The notes below the pieces were generated by a model. The model saw nothing but the letters and a program-made list of their open reading frames with translations, was not told where the DNA came from and searched no databases. A program made the translations under genes and the position numbers. Shown here piece after piece: positions 16,948-26,240 of a stretch of 64,000 bases of DNA; within the stretch, counting starts at the first letter, position 1; every line of letters begins with the position of its first letter. Origin of the DNA: a virus (lineage: Duplodnaviria; Caudoviricetes); the IMG/VR virus record IMGVR_UViG_3300038345_000094, positions 38,258-102,257 of that record; one strand, written 5' to 3'.

Positions 16948-17603
16948 AACGAAAAGTTTATGTCATTGGCCCCTATATGGGGTACGCGTCGTCCATAACC
17001 GACAAGCAACTTGTTGACAAGATCGAAGATGCAGATGTTGTCGTCCTTACTGGCGGCTCTGATGTCGATCCTTCGACTTATGGCAAGCCGTCCGAACCCG
17101 AGACTTACGGCAATAAGCAAAGAGATATCTTTGAGATTGCAGAGTATCGGAAGGTAAGAAAGGACCAAGTCGTTGTCGGTATCTGCCGTGGCGCCCAACT
17201 GCTTACTGCCCTTAATGGCGGTATTCTCGTACAGCATGTCACTGGACATTGCAACGGTATGCATAAGATGATCAGTACTGCAGGAGAAGTCTTTAGTATC
17301 ACATCTCTGCATCACCAGATGTGCTATCCTTTCGACATGCCGAAGAGCGATTACGAGGTACTGTTCACTTCGTATCCCGCTCGAAGCTCTGTTTACAAGG
17401 GCTCTGGAGTTGACACAGAGGTACTCGAAGCTCACGGTGAGCCAGAGATTATCCTCTATCACAAGGACACAGAGCCCATCGCACTGGCCGTTCAGGGTCA
17501 TCCTGAGATGATGGATATCGACAGTAAGACTGTCCGTATGTTCAACGATCTCATCGATGAATGCCTTGAAATGGCGAAGAAAAGACAAGAAATGGATGTT
17601 TAA
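16944..17603 (+). CDS. class I glutamine amidotransferase / peptidase C26 (PuuD-like)
   Basis: TGGSDV, GICRGAQ (nucleophile Cys), SLHHQ, VQGHPE (His-Glu). Confidence 0.9.
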   Translation: MKRKVYVIGPYMGYASSITDKQLVDKIEDADVVVLTGGSDVDPSTYGKPSEPETYGNKQRDIFEIAEYRKVRKDQVVVGICRGAQLLTALNGGILVQHVTGHCNGMHKMISTAGEVFSITSLHHQMCYPFDMPKSDYEVLFTSYPARSSVYKGSGVDTEVLEAHGEPEIILYHKDTEPIALAVQGHPEMMDIDSKTVRMFNDLIDECLEMAKKRQEMDV

Positions 17604-17619
17604 CCTATAAACTCTTGTT

Positions 17620-18471
17620 ATGATCTTACCTGCAATGCATTTCACGATCGGAGCTGATCCTGAGATGTTTATCATCAACACGAAAACTGGAGAAGTTGTC
17701 TCCGCGATCGGTCTTATCCCGGGCGAAAAAGGACACCCTTGGGTAGATCCGAACTGGTTTGAAGGATTCGGTCTTGAAATAGACAATATCCTTGCGGAGT
17801 ACAACATCCCTCCTGTGTCGAGGAAAGAGGACTTCATTAGCGCAATCAACTTCATGAAGGATTACATCGATGCTTATGTCAAGAAGACCAATCCTGACTA
17901 TGGCATTCTTTGTGCTTCTTCGAAGATGGTACCTGAAGACCAACTCGACAATCCTATCGCCAAACTGTTCGGTTGTTGCCCAGACTTCAACTGCTACACT
18001 GGCGCTCCTAATCCACGTCCGAAGGGCGAGATGACCAATCTTCGCTCTGCGGGATTTCATGTGCATTATGGCTACGAGAACCCTGACATCGACACCTCCG
18101 TCGAGATGGTGAAGTATTTCGATGTCTTCCTTGGGCTTATGTCGTTATTCTTTGATACCGACCGGAAGCGTCGCTCCCTGTATGGCAAGGCTGGCTGCTA
18201 TCGACTCACCTCTTATGGTGTGGAGTATCGCACCCTGTCTTCCAAGATGGGCGAAACCGACGAGACGATTGGCCTCATCTATGACGGCGTTCTCGCTGCC
18301 ACTCAGGCATATGAAATCGACTTGCATATCCATTGCCAGCCGGACGTCATCACAGCTATCAACAACAGCGATATGCTGATGGCTCGTGCTATCCTGTCAA
18401 CCATTCGGAAATCAACCGATAAAAACACTTTCATCTATTCTTACTTGTCGAACGTCCTTAAAATCAAGTAA
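17620..18471 (+). CDS. phiEco32-like COOH-NH2 ligase type 2
   Basis: TIGADPEMF, DNILAEYN, FGCCPDFN, RSAGFHVH, YGKAG.YR, YGVEYRTLS. Confidence 0.9.
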   Translation: MILPAMHFTIGADPEMFIINTKTGEVVSAIGLIPGEKGHPWVDPNWFEGFGLEIDNILAEYNIPPVSRKEDFISAINFMKDYIDAYVKKTNPDYGILCASSKMVPEDQLDNPIAKLFGCCPDFNCYTGAPNPRPKGEMTNLRSAGFHVHYGYENPDIDTSVEMVKYFDVFLGLMSLFFDTDRKRRSLYGKAGCYRLTSYGVEYRTLSSKMGETDETIGLIYDGVLAATQAYEIDLHIHCQPDVITAINNSDMLMARAILSTIRKSTDKNTFIYSYLSNVLKIK

Positions 18472-18473
18472 CA

Positions 18474-20012
18474 ATGTGTGGATTATTCGGCATATTAAGT
18501 AAAGAGAAAGTTACGATTGACAAGCGGGCGATTGCTGTTCTTGGTCTAGCCAATGACAGCAGAGGCGGTGATGCATGTGGACTGTTTATCGATGGTCAAG
18601 TCGAATATGGCACAGAAAAGGAACTTGTTAACTTCTTCAACTTCTTCCAACAGAGTGAGTTGTTCAAGGTCTCCCAGAAAGCCAATGTTGTTCTTGGCCA
18701 TTGTAGAAAAGCGTCTGTCGGTGGCAAAGCTGCAGATAAGGCGCAACCGGTAGTTATCAAGGAAGGAGAGGAAATCAAGTTCGTCCTGCTTCATAACGGG
18801 ACAATCAAAAACTATTCCGATCTGGCGAAGAAGTATATCCCTGATGTCGATACAACCGGGATGTCCGACTCGCAAATCATGGCTCGCATCTTCTATGATG
18901 TTGGCTATGACTGCCTTGGTGAGTATAATGGCGGAGCCGTTTTCGTTGCTGCTGATTATCGTGGCGAAAAGCCAGTAATCAGACTGTGGCGAGGATGGGC
19001 CAAAGAATATAGTTATAGCAAGGAGATGACAGCAGAACGCCCTCTCTACTTGACTATGTTCAACAACAGACTCGTATTCTCTTCTATCAGTGAAGTCTTA
19101 CAGGCTTTGTACCCCTTTAGCGAGGTTAAGACTGTCAGGCCGAACTCACTTTGTGTCTTTAGCGACGGTAAGTTCTACGTCGAACGAGAGTTTGACAGGT
19201 CTTCCTGCCTACAGACCCCGACTTCATACTCGTCTACCAGTAATGCTTACACTGATGATAGGCAATATTATAACGGGTATGGCTCGCATCAAACGGGCGG
19301 CGGGTACGTCTACGACTCGCGTAAGGCCAAAGCAAAAGAAGAAGAAACGAAAAAGACGACATTGACTCCCGGTATGGGCTTCTCTGCTAGCCGACTTCTG
19401 TACGATGACAATGTTGATCTCACGGGATACCAAGATTCCGTCTATTGCGACGAGAATTTCTTGGTTTACTATGTTAACGCCCTCAATCGCGGTGTTAGCA
19501 GATCTGAGTTCATCCCCTCAACGTGCAAGTTGCTTCATGGCATCTATAACTTGAACTCCATTGGTTTCATCAAGAACGACAAGCCGAACGACGATAAGTG
19601 CTTCAATTTCGCATTCTATAACGGAATACTGTTGAAAAGTGTCGACTGCTTTAAGTTCTTGCAGAAACTTGCGAAGATGTGGTGCGTGAATTTCGCTGAT
19701 ATGGGAAATCTCGCTCCGTATCTCGTGGAGGCTCTCGCTATGTATCCGGTGCCAAAAGACCAAGGCGGCGTTAGTAACATTTTCCATATGATAGATCCAG
19801 ATAACGATTTCTCCGAGGTGGTCGTAGATGGCGATGCTACTTATCCCATCGCGCTCACTCAGAGGACTGTCAAGTTTGACCATGGGATTATCTCCAATGT
19901 CTCGAAATCGACGGTCTTCACGGACACCTTCGACTATGCGAAGAAAATCGCCGGGTCTTACATCATCGACAACAAATCAATCCTCGCATTTTTAGATACG
20001 GCATATGATTGA
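18474..20012 (+). CDS. class II (Ntn) glutamine amidotransferase with C-terminal extension
   Basis: MCGLFG (Cys2), SRGGDACG, GHCRKAS, HNGTI, SDSQ. Confidence 0.9.
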   Translation: MCGLFGILSKEKVTIDKRAIAVLGLANDSRGGDACGLFIDGQVEYGTEKELVNFFNFFQQSELFKVSQKANVVLGHCRKASVGGKAADKAQPVVIKEGEEIKFVLLHNGTIKNYSDLAKKYIPDVDTTGMSDSQIMARIFYDVGYDCLGEYNGGAVFVAADYRGEKPVIRLWRGWAKEYSYSKEMTAERPLYLTMFNNRLVFSSISEVLQALYPFSEVKTVRPNSLCVFSDGKFYVEREFDRSSCLQTPTSYSSTSNAYTDDRQYYNGYGSHQTGGGYVYDSRKAKAKEEETKKTTLTPGMGFSASRLLYDDNVDLTGYQDSVYCDENFLVYYVNALNRGVSRSEFIPSTCKLLHGIYNLNSIGFIKNDKPNDDKCFNFAFYNGILLKSVDCFKFLQKLAKMWCVNFADMGNLAPYLVEALAMYPVPKDQGGVSNIFHMIDPDNDFSEVVVDGDATYPIALTQRTVKFDHGIISNVSKSTVFTDTFDYAKKIAGSYIIDNKSILAFLDTAYD

Positions 20013-21288
20013 ATTCATCAATAGATCCAATCAACCCTATCCGGAGGGGAAGACAGATACGATCGTAGCGATCAAAGATAATGAACTTCATTTCAAGCTG
20101 AAGAACACCAACAGCAAGGCAAGGATGCTCTCCGTTGGAGATAATCTCTTCCCGCTGGATGATGATCTCGTGCTGTCTGGAGTCGACCTTATGTTCTCGT
20201 CCAACTATGGACATTATGTAATGGTATCCAAGGGCGACATCCCTACGGATCACATTATCTTAGGTCGTGGTCGCTATCCGTATTCCTTCTCTCGGGAGTA
20301 CGAAGCTGTGCGCCATTTCGATATCTTCAAGGATACTGCAGAACTGGTAGATCCCAAGAAGCTCCGCCTCGTATCGCCGACTCATACTTTCGGCATCGAG
20401 TTCGAAACATCTGCTGGCTATCTTCCGCAAGAGCTGTGTTTCAAAACGGGTCTCATTCCGTTAAGAGACGGTTCGATTGGTGCCTGTGAGTACTCCACAA
20501 TCGTCTTGAAGGGTGCTCAAGGTCTCGACCTGCTTCGTAAGCAGGCCGACACGCTGAAGCAGTACACTGTCTTTGACAAGGAGTGTGCGCTTCATATGCA
20601 CCTCGGTGGATTTCCACTCTCCTCAAAGGCTTTGTTCATCCTTTATGCCATGTGCTTCTACCTCGAGAGAAACATGTATGAGAACATGATTCCTCGGCTG
20701 TCGTTCAGAACGGCAGACTACAAGGCAAATGGCAAGGATTACTGCCTTAAACTGCCAGAGTTCCATTCCTTCTTAGACCTGTATAAGTTCTTCGTTGGAA
20801 GAGACTATGGCGGTAGTCTCAGCCAGCCGCATCCCGATGATCCTACTCGGGAGCGTAAATGGCAGATTCACAACAGGTATTATGGGTTAAACCTGATCAA
20901 CATGTTGTGCTATAAGTCTCCCAAGACCGTAGAATTTCGGTTTTTACGGCCGACATATAACTGGAAGAAGCTGTTCTTCTGGGTATATTACTTCGATATG
21001 CTCCTCTGTATTGCCGAGAAGCTGCAACAGAAGTTAATCAACAAGGAGTTTACCTATATCTTCGATGCCGTTTATAAGTTCATGGCGAAAATGCCGCCAA
21101 CTGAGCTGATTAACGACTATACGGATAATGAATCCCTGCGGGCCTTCATGAAGGGCATGATGAAAGCCAATGCGGCTGTTGTCAACAGTCAGGGTCAAGT
21201 GAACGACTTCTGTGGCAGACGTATCGACATTGAAGATGTCATTATCAACAGGTGGTTCTACGACTCCGGGATCGACTTGGAGAAGTAA
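20005..21288 (+). CDS. putative amidoligase (glutamine synthetase/GCS fold)
   Basis: TFGIEFET, RDGSI, EY, HMH, RYYGLN, TVEFR. Confidence 0.85.
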   Translation: MIEFINRSNQPYPEGKTDTIVAIKDNELHFKLKNTNSKARMLSVGDNLFPLDDDLVLSGVDLMFSSNYGHYVMVSKGDIPTDHIILGRGRYPYSFSREYEAVRHFDIFKDTAELVDPKKLRLVSPTHTFGIEFETSAGYLPQELCFKTGLIPLRDGSIGACEYSTIVLKGAQGLDLLRKQADTLKQYTVFDKECALHMHLGGFPLSSKALFILYAMCFYLERNMYENMIPRLSFRTADYKANGKDYCLKLPEFHSFLDLYKFFVGRDYGGSLSQPHPDDPTRERKWQIHNRYYGLNLINMLCYKSPKTVEFRFLRPTYNWKKLFFWVYYFDMLLCIAEKLQQKLINKEFTYIFDAVYKFMAKMPPTELINDYTDNESLRAFMKGMMKANAAVVNSQGQVNDFCGRRIDIEDVIINRWFYDSGIDLEK

Positions 21289-21293
21289 CCTGA

Positions 21294-21755
21294 ATGTCTA
21301 GCAATAAAAAGGTAAAGAATGCCAGCCCAACAAAAGCGGATGGGATAGAATTCAAATCCCGGTTAGAAGCAAACACTTATAAGCGGCTGAAAGACGAAGG
21401 TTTTTCACCGCAATATGAGCGATTGTATTTTGACCTGATAGACGCATTCTATCCCCGTAGCGCTTGTTACGATAAGCACTACGACCGCTCTTTGAAGGAC
21501 AAAGTGTTTGGTCTTAACACCGTTAAAGTCCAAGCCATTACCTACACGCCAGATTTTACCTTTATGTACAAAGATAGACTCATAGTCATCGAGTGCAAAG
21601 GTAAACCGAATGACGTGTTTCCACTCAAGAAAAAGCTCTTTCGTAGGTGGATGGATAAATACACCCATCTTACGGGAGTGAGTATCTTATACTTCGAAAT
21701 TCATTCTCTGGATGAATTAGAAGAGAGCATCGAAGTAATTCGATCGCTAAACTGA
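21294..21755 (+). CDS. PD-(D/E)XK endonuclease (DUF1064 / T7 endonuclease I-like)
   Basis: FKSRLEA, ITYTPDF, IECKG. Confidence 0.8.
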   Translation: MSSNKKVKNASPTKADGIEFKSRLEANTYKRLKDEGFSPQYERLYFDLIDAFYPRSACYDKHYDRSLKDKVFGLNTVKVQAITYTPDFTFMYKDRLIVIECKGKPNDVFPLKKKLFRRWMDKYTHLTGVSILYFEIHSLDELEESIEVIRSLN

Positions 21756-21762
21756 CCTTGAA

Positions 21763-22116
21763 ATGGCAAAGAGCATAACACAGAGGATCGAATATCTGTT
21801 AGGGTCACTACCCGACACTGACATTCCCATTGCCAGAAAGTATTTCGCTAATCATCAATATGAAGAGATACGTGAACTCACGGTCTCTGCCATAACGAAG
21901 ATTAAGAAGGCAAGAGGATCTAACGACATAAGCAAAATCCAGAAGTATGCGTACATCACTGATAAGCGCATGCTTGATATGATGAAGCTTAACATAGAGT
22001 TAGACAACTACCTCGCCCTCTTGGAAGAGATTCTCGGACAAGACGACGACGTAGAAGAACCTGACTTTATGGATATCGATCCTGACATGTTATCTGAGGA
22101 AGACATTTATGGCTAG
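21763..22116 (+). CDS. hypothetical protein with acidic C-terminus
   Basis: 117-aa ORF overlapping the next gene. Confidence 0.65.
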   Translation: MAKSITQRIEYLLGSLPDTDIPIARKYFANHQYEEIRELTVSAITKIKKARGSNDISKIQKYAYITDKRMLDMMKLNIELDNYLALLEEILGQDDDVEEPDFMDIDPDMLSEEDIYG

Positions 22117-23191
22117 TCGAAAATCAATCCTTGACATCGCCTGGAATGTGCCTGAAGAGACATATCGAAGCGACCCGTCGTATCACTATTCTTTGCTGTC
22201 AGATTTTCGAAATAAGGGCATTCATTTCGCGAATGAACTACTGAATCCACCCGAGGAGAGAAAGCCCTCCAAATCGCTTATTTTCGGGTCTCTCGTTGAT
22301 GCTATGCTTACCGACGAGAGTAAACTGGAGCAGTTCGAGAATATCGGCAGAGAAGAAGACGTAGTAAAACTCACGGCCACAGAGTTAAAGGTGGCAACAT
22401 ATATACTTGAGAACCAAGATTTCTTCCCGCTTCAATTATTGAAGACAGACTCTGGTATATTCTATCAATGTTTCGTCGATTGTGATGCATATACGACAAG
22501 TAAGCCTCAGACAATTCTTGACAAACACGGAGACAGAATACTTGATTATCTCGAGAAGTCTCTTGTGATAACTGGAGATAAATACCAAGTCACCGAGGAA
22601 GACTGGGTTGATGCGCTTGAATGCAAGGCAGCTATACTCGAATCATCAATGGGGAAGTACTTCAATGCTCTCCCGTTTGATGGTGATATTGAACGAGTGA
22701 ATCAGCTCAAGTTGAAATGGAGAGATCCGAAGACCGGAATCACTTATCGAGTGATGCTTGATAATGTCTATGTAGATCATGACAATAAGATAATCCAGCC
22801 TAATGATGTGAAGACGTCCTCTTCTTACGAGGACGAGTTTTACAATAGTTTCATCAAATGGAATTATGACATTCAGGCTAGATTATATTGGCGTGTCCTG
22901 TATAACATACTCAAGGAAGACCCGTATTTCAAGGACTTCACGATTCTACCATTCCAGTTCTTGGTTGTTTCAAGATATTCCAAAACGCCTATCATATGGC
23001 GTTACGACGATTGTGTAAAACCCGGAGAGCTTGTCTACCACAAGCGCAACGGAAGTGTGATCGTCCTCGAAGATCCTTTTGATATTGGATTCAGACTGCA
23101 GAAGGCAGCAGACAGAGCCTGTGCCATACAGGAAGGCATCTCTACCGTAAGCAGCAATCTGATTGAGTATTGGATCGAAAATGGCAGCTAA
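22109..23191 (+). CDS. PD-(D/E)XK exonuclease (RecE/DUF3799-like)
   Basis: FGSLVD, RVMLD, DVKTS, YDIQARLY. Confidence 0.8.
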   Translation: MASRKSILDIAWNVPEETYRSDPSYHYSLLSDFRNKGIHFANELLNPPEERKPSKSLIFGSLVDAMLTDESKLEQFENIGREEDVVKLTATELKVATYILENQDFFPLQLLKTDSGIFYQCFVDCDAYTTSKPQTILDKHGDRILDYLEKSLVITGDKYQVTEEDWVDALECKAAILESSMGKYFNALPFDGDIERVNQLKLKWRDPKTGITYRVMLDNVYVDHDNKIIQPNDVKTSSSYEDEFYNSFIKWNYDIQARLYWRVLYNILKEDPYFKDFTILPFQFLVVSRYSKTPIIWRYDDCVKPGELVYHKRNGSVIVLEDPFDIGFRLQKAADRACAIQEGISTVSSNLIEYWIENGS

Positions 23192-23850
23192 TGATTAAAT
23201 ACGTAACAAAACGAGACGGTAAAGTTCAGGAATTCACGAGTGATAAAATCCTCAATGCAATCAAGAAGGCTTTCAAGGAAGTCTTCGGTGATGAAGATGT
23301 ATCTGAGAAGATAAGTACCGCATTTGCGTCGGTAATGGCTAGGATTGAAAGCCTGCCAGACAAGACGCATATCGAGAAAATCCAAGATATCATTGAGGAG
23401 GAGCTCATACATACTGGACAACTCAATGTTGCGAGGAAGTTCATAGCTTACCGCAATCAGCGTAATCTCGCCAGAAAAGCAGACACTATCAAGATTTTCG
23501 ATAGTATCATTCAGGCACAAGCAAACGATATCACTAGAGAGAATGCGAATATGAACGCAGATACTCCCGCTGGTATGATGATGAAGTTTGCTTCTGAGAC
23601 AACTAAGACTTATGTCGATGAAGTACTCCTTTCACCGGATGTGGCTGATGCTGTGAAGAACAATATCATTCATATTCACGACAAGGATTACTATCCTACG
23701 AAGTCACTTACTTGTCTTCAGCATCCGCTTGATAGATTACTTAAGAACGGATTTGTTTGTGGGCATGGCGAGGCTAGACCAGCGAAACGAATAGAGACAG
23801 CTACTGCGCTTACAGAAGTGTCTCTGCAGGCCATACAAAATGAGATGCAT
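23191..23850 (+). CDS. nrdD: anaerobic ribonucleoside-triphosphate reductase, exon 1 (ATP-cone)
   Basis: VTKRDG ATP-cone, ENAN, IHIHDKDYY, TC, QNEMH. Confidence 0.92.
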
Positions 23851-23988
23851 AGATTACTGTGCATGCTATCAGTAATGATAGAAAAATATAAACGATGTGA
23901 ACCGGTTCATCAGCCGGGTGTGACGAAAGTTGCTAACGGGAGAAAAGCCCAATATCCCGTGCTAAGCTTCACTTTTTGTTGATTTTTC

Positions 23989-24019
23989 TTGCATATGTCA
24001 AATATTATTCTTATATTTG
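23989..24019 (+). promoter_or_regulatory. Bacteroidota sigma70-type promoter for the intron endonuclease
   Basis: TTG-N20-TATATTTG. Confidence 0.65.
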
Positions 24020-24023
24020 TATT

Positions 24024-24554
24024 ATGAAGAAAATTAATGAATTATTCAGTCTTGAATGGGCGTCAGATTGCTATTTTATTGACGATGATCTTAATATCGT
24101 TAATATAAAGACAGGTAATCTAAAATCGAAAACCATAGGGAAAAGAGGCTATTACTATGTTACCCTTAATAGAAGAGATGATAATAAACAAATTAAAGTA
24201 TATTATCATAAAATCGTAGCATTAGCCTTTATTCACAATGGACCATATGATGTGATTAATCACATAGATGGAAATAAATTAAACGACTCTGTTTCGAATT
24301 TAGAATTTTGTTCTCAGAAGCACAATGTACAACATGCTTTTAAGACAAAACTTGTGAATAGAAATGAGAAAAAGTTTTTAATTCGATTTTTAGATGGCGG
24401 TGAATGTGTAATGACAGCAAAAGACGCAAATAACATTATTGGTATCCCAAGGGTTACGTTATATGACTTATATTATAAGCATTCTCGTTCTCCTAAGTGG
24501 TCTATAGCTGAAGTAATAAGTGAAGAAAGTGTAGAGACTATCGAAAGCAAATAA
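24024..24554 (+). CDS. HNH homing endonuclease
   Basis: HKIVALAF...INHIDGNKLND..SNLEF...HNVQH. Confidence 0.88.
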   Translation: MKKINELFSLEWASDCYFIDDDLNIVNIKTGNLKSKTIGKRGYYYVTLNRRDDNKQIKVYYHKIVALAFIHNGPYDVINHIDGNKLNDSVSNLEFCSQKHNVQHAFKTKLVNRNEKKFLIRFLDGGECVMTAKDANNIIGIPRVTLYDLYYKHSRSPKWSIAEVISEESVETIESK

Positions 24555-24665
24555 CCGCATAAGGAGTTATTTGCAAGTAGAGTAGGACGGAGATGATGCC
24601 GTCCGAAGCGCATCGGGCCCTACGCGTGAAGGCGAGGGCTGTGAGATAGTCCATAAGAACCTATG

Positions 24666-26240
24666 GGTGGGCAATCTATTCCTGCAATTGATTTCTATCT
24701 TGCGCCGTTTGTGAAGATGGCATTCAAAGAAGAACTCAAGAAAATAGCGGAACTGTATCCCCATATACCTAAAGATGCATTCGTCAAGGAACTTGATGTT
24801 GATGTTAAGGAATACATAAAGAAAGAAGTCGATCCTAAGAGTTCTACACACGATATGATTATCCAGTATGCGATTAATCGTACCGTTGATAGGGTTCATC
24901 AGGCGATTGAAAGCTTTATCCATAATGCCAATATCATTCATTCTCGTGGCGGAAATCAGGTTGTATTCTCGTCGATTAACTTCGGTACAGATACATCACC
25001 TGAAGGTCGTTGCATCATCAGAGAGATTCTCAACTGTACTTATGAAGGAGTTGGTTTCGGTTCTACCGCAATCTTCCCGATTAGCATTCTGAAAATCAAA
25101 GATGGTGTCAATGTCAAGCCGGGTGATCCTAACTACGATCTGTTCAAGTTTGCCTGCAGGGTGACAGCAAAGCGCTTCTTCCCTAACTTCCTGAATCTCG
25201 ATGCTTCTTATAACGTCGATGATGCGTGGAAACCAGATGATCCGATGAGATATATGCATGAAGTCGCAACCATGGGTTGTAGAACTCGCGTGTATGGCAA
25301 TCTCTTCGGCCCTAAGACATCTGTCGGTAGAGGTAATCTTAGCTTCACTACTGTTAATATTGTTCGTCTTGCGCTGGAGTGTATGGATATCAAGGATAAA
25401 GAAGAGCGCATCAACGCATTCTTTCGCAAGTTCGATCTTGCCCTTGATATCGCGGCAAAACAGCTTAATGAGAGGTATAACTTCCAAGCCACTGGTGTTG
25501 CAAAACAATTCCCTATGCTTATGAGCGGAATGTGGCTTGGTAGTGAGAATCTCAAACCTGACGATCCAGTCGGTCCTGTGTTGAATCAAGGCACTCTGTC
25601 GATGGGATTCATTGGGCTGGCTGAATGCCTGATTGCACTCATTGGTAAGCACCACGGCGAAAGCGAAGAGGCTCAACAGCTTGGATTGAGTATTATCTCC
25701 CACATGAGAGAGAAAGTGGATGGCTATTCACAGAAGTATCAGCATAACTATACTCTTCTTGCCACTCCGGCAGAAGGACTTGCTGGGCGTTTCACGAAGA
25801 AAGATAGGCAAGTGTTCGGCTCCATTCCCGGAGTTACTGATAAGGATTACTATACTAATTCAAGCCATGTTCCTGTGTATTATAAGTGTACACCGGAGCA
25901 CAAGGCGAAGATTGAAGGGCCTTACCATAAGTACGAGAATGCTGGACATATCTTCTACGTGGAGATGAATGGTGATGCCACGCACAACCCTGAAGCGATT
26001 GAGCAGATTGTTTCGCTTATGAGGAAGTATGATATCGGTTACGGTTCTATCAACCACAACAGATATCGCTGCCTCGATTGTGGTTATGAAACTGCCACAA
26101 AAGATATGAAGGAATGCCCGCGTTGCGGTAGTAAGAATATTGATATGCTTCAGCGTATAACTGGCTATCTTGTTGGCACTACTAACCGCTGGAATTCCGG
26201 TAAACTCGCTGAATTGCGAGATAGAGTAACGCACGGATGA
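24666..26240 (+). CDS. nrdD: anaerobic ribonucleoside-triphosphate reductase, exon 2
   Basis: MGCRT, GRGNLSF, ATPAEG, YYTNS, two CxxC, QRITGYL glycyl-radical loop. Confidence 0.95.
   Translation, partial: GGQSIPAIDFYLAPFVKMAFKEELKKIAELYPHIPKDAFVKELDVDVKEYIKKEVDPKSSTHDMIIQYAINRTVDRVHQAIESFIHNANIIHSRGGNQVVFSSINFGTDTSPEGRCIIREILNCTYEGVGFGSTAIFPISILKIKDGVNVKPGDPNYDLFKFACRVTAKRFFPNFLNLDASYNVDDAWKPDDPMRYMHEVATMGCRTRVYGNLFGPKTSVGRGNLSFTTVNIVRLALECMDIKDKEERINAFFRKFDLALDIAAKQLNERYNFQATGVAKQFPMLMSGMWLGSENLKPDDPVGPVLNQGTLSMGFIGLAECLIALIGKHHGESEEAQQLGLSIISHMREKVDGYSQKYQHNYTLLATPAEGLAGRFTKKDRQVFGSIPGVTDKDYYTNSSHVPVYYKCTPEHKAKIEGPYHKYENAGHIFYVEMNGDATHNPEAIEQIVSLMRKYDIGYGSINHNRYRCLDCGYETATKDMKECPRCGSKNIDMLQRITGYLVGTTNRWNSGKLAELRDRVTHG

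Larger units (their letters stand above)
23851..24665 (+). mobile_element. group I intron in nrdD
   Basis: P1 ATGCAT/GTGCAT with U-G at the splice site, P7 GACTA/TAGTC, terminal G; splicing restores QNEMH|GGQSIP. Confidence 0.92.

Noticed and set aside
15928-17855. Long antisense ORFs (330 and 326 aa; similar ones at 24996 and 37135)
   Set aside because: Shadows of well-supported sense genes, with no motifs of their own.
9030-26240. Inteins or frameshifted pseudogenes as the cause of split dnaB and nrdD
   Set aside because: Stops and group I cores separate the pieces, and splicing restores the frame; no intein termini are visible.
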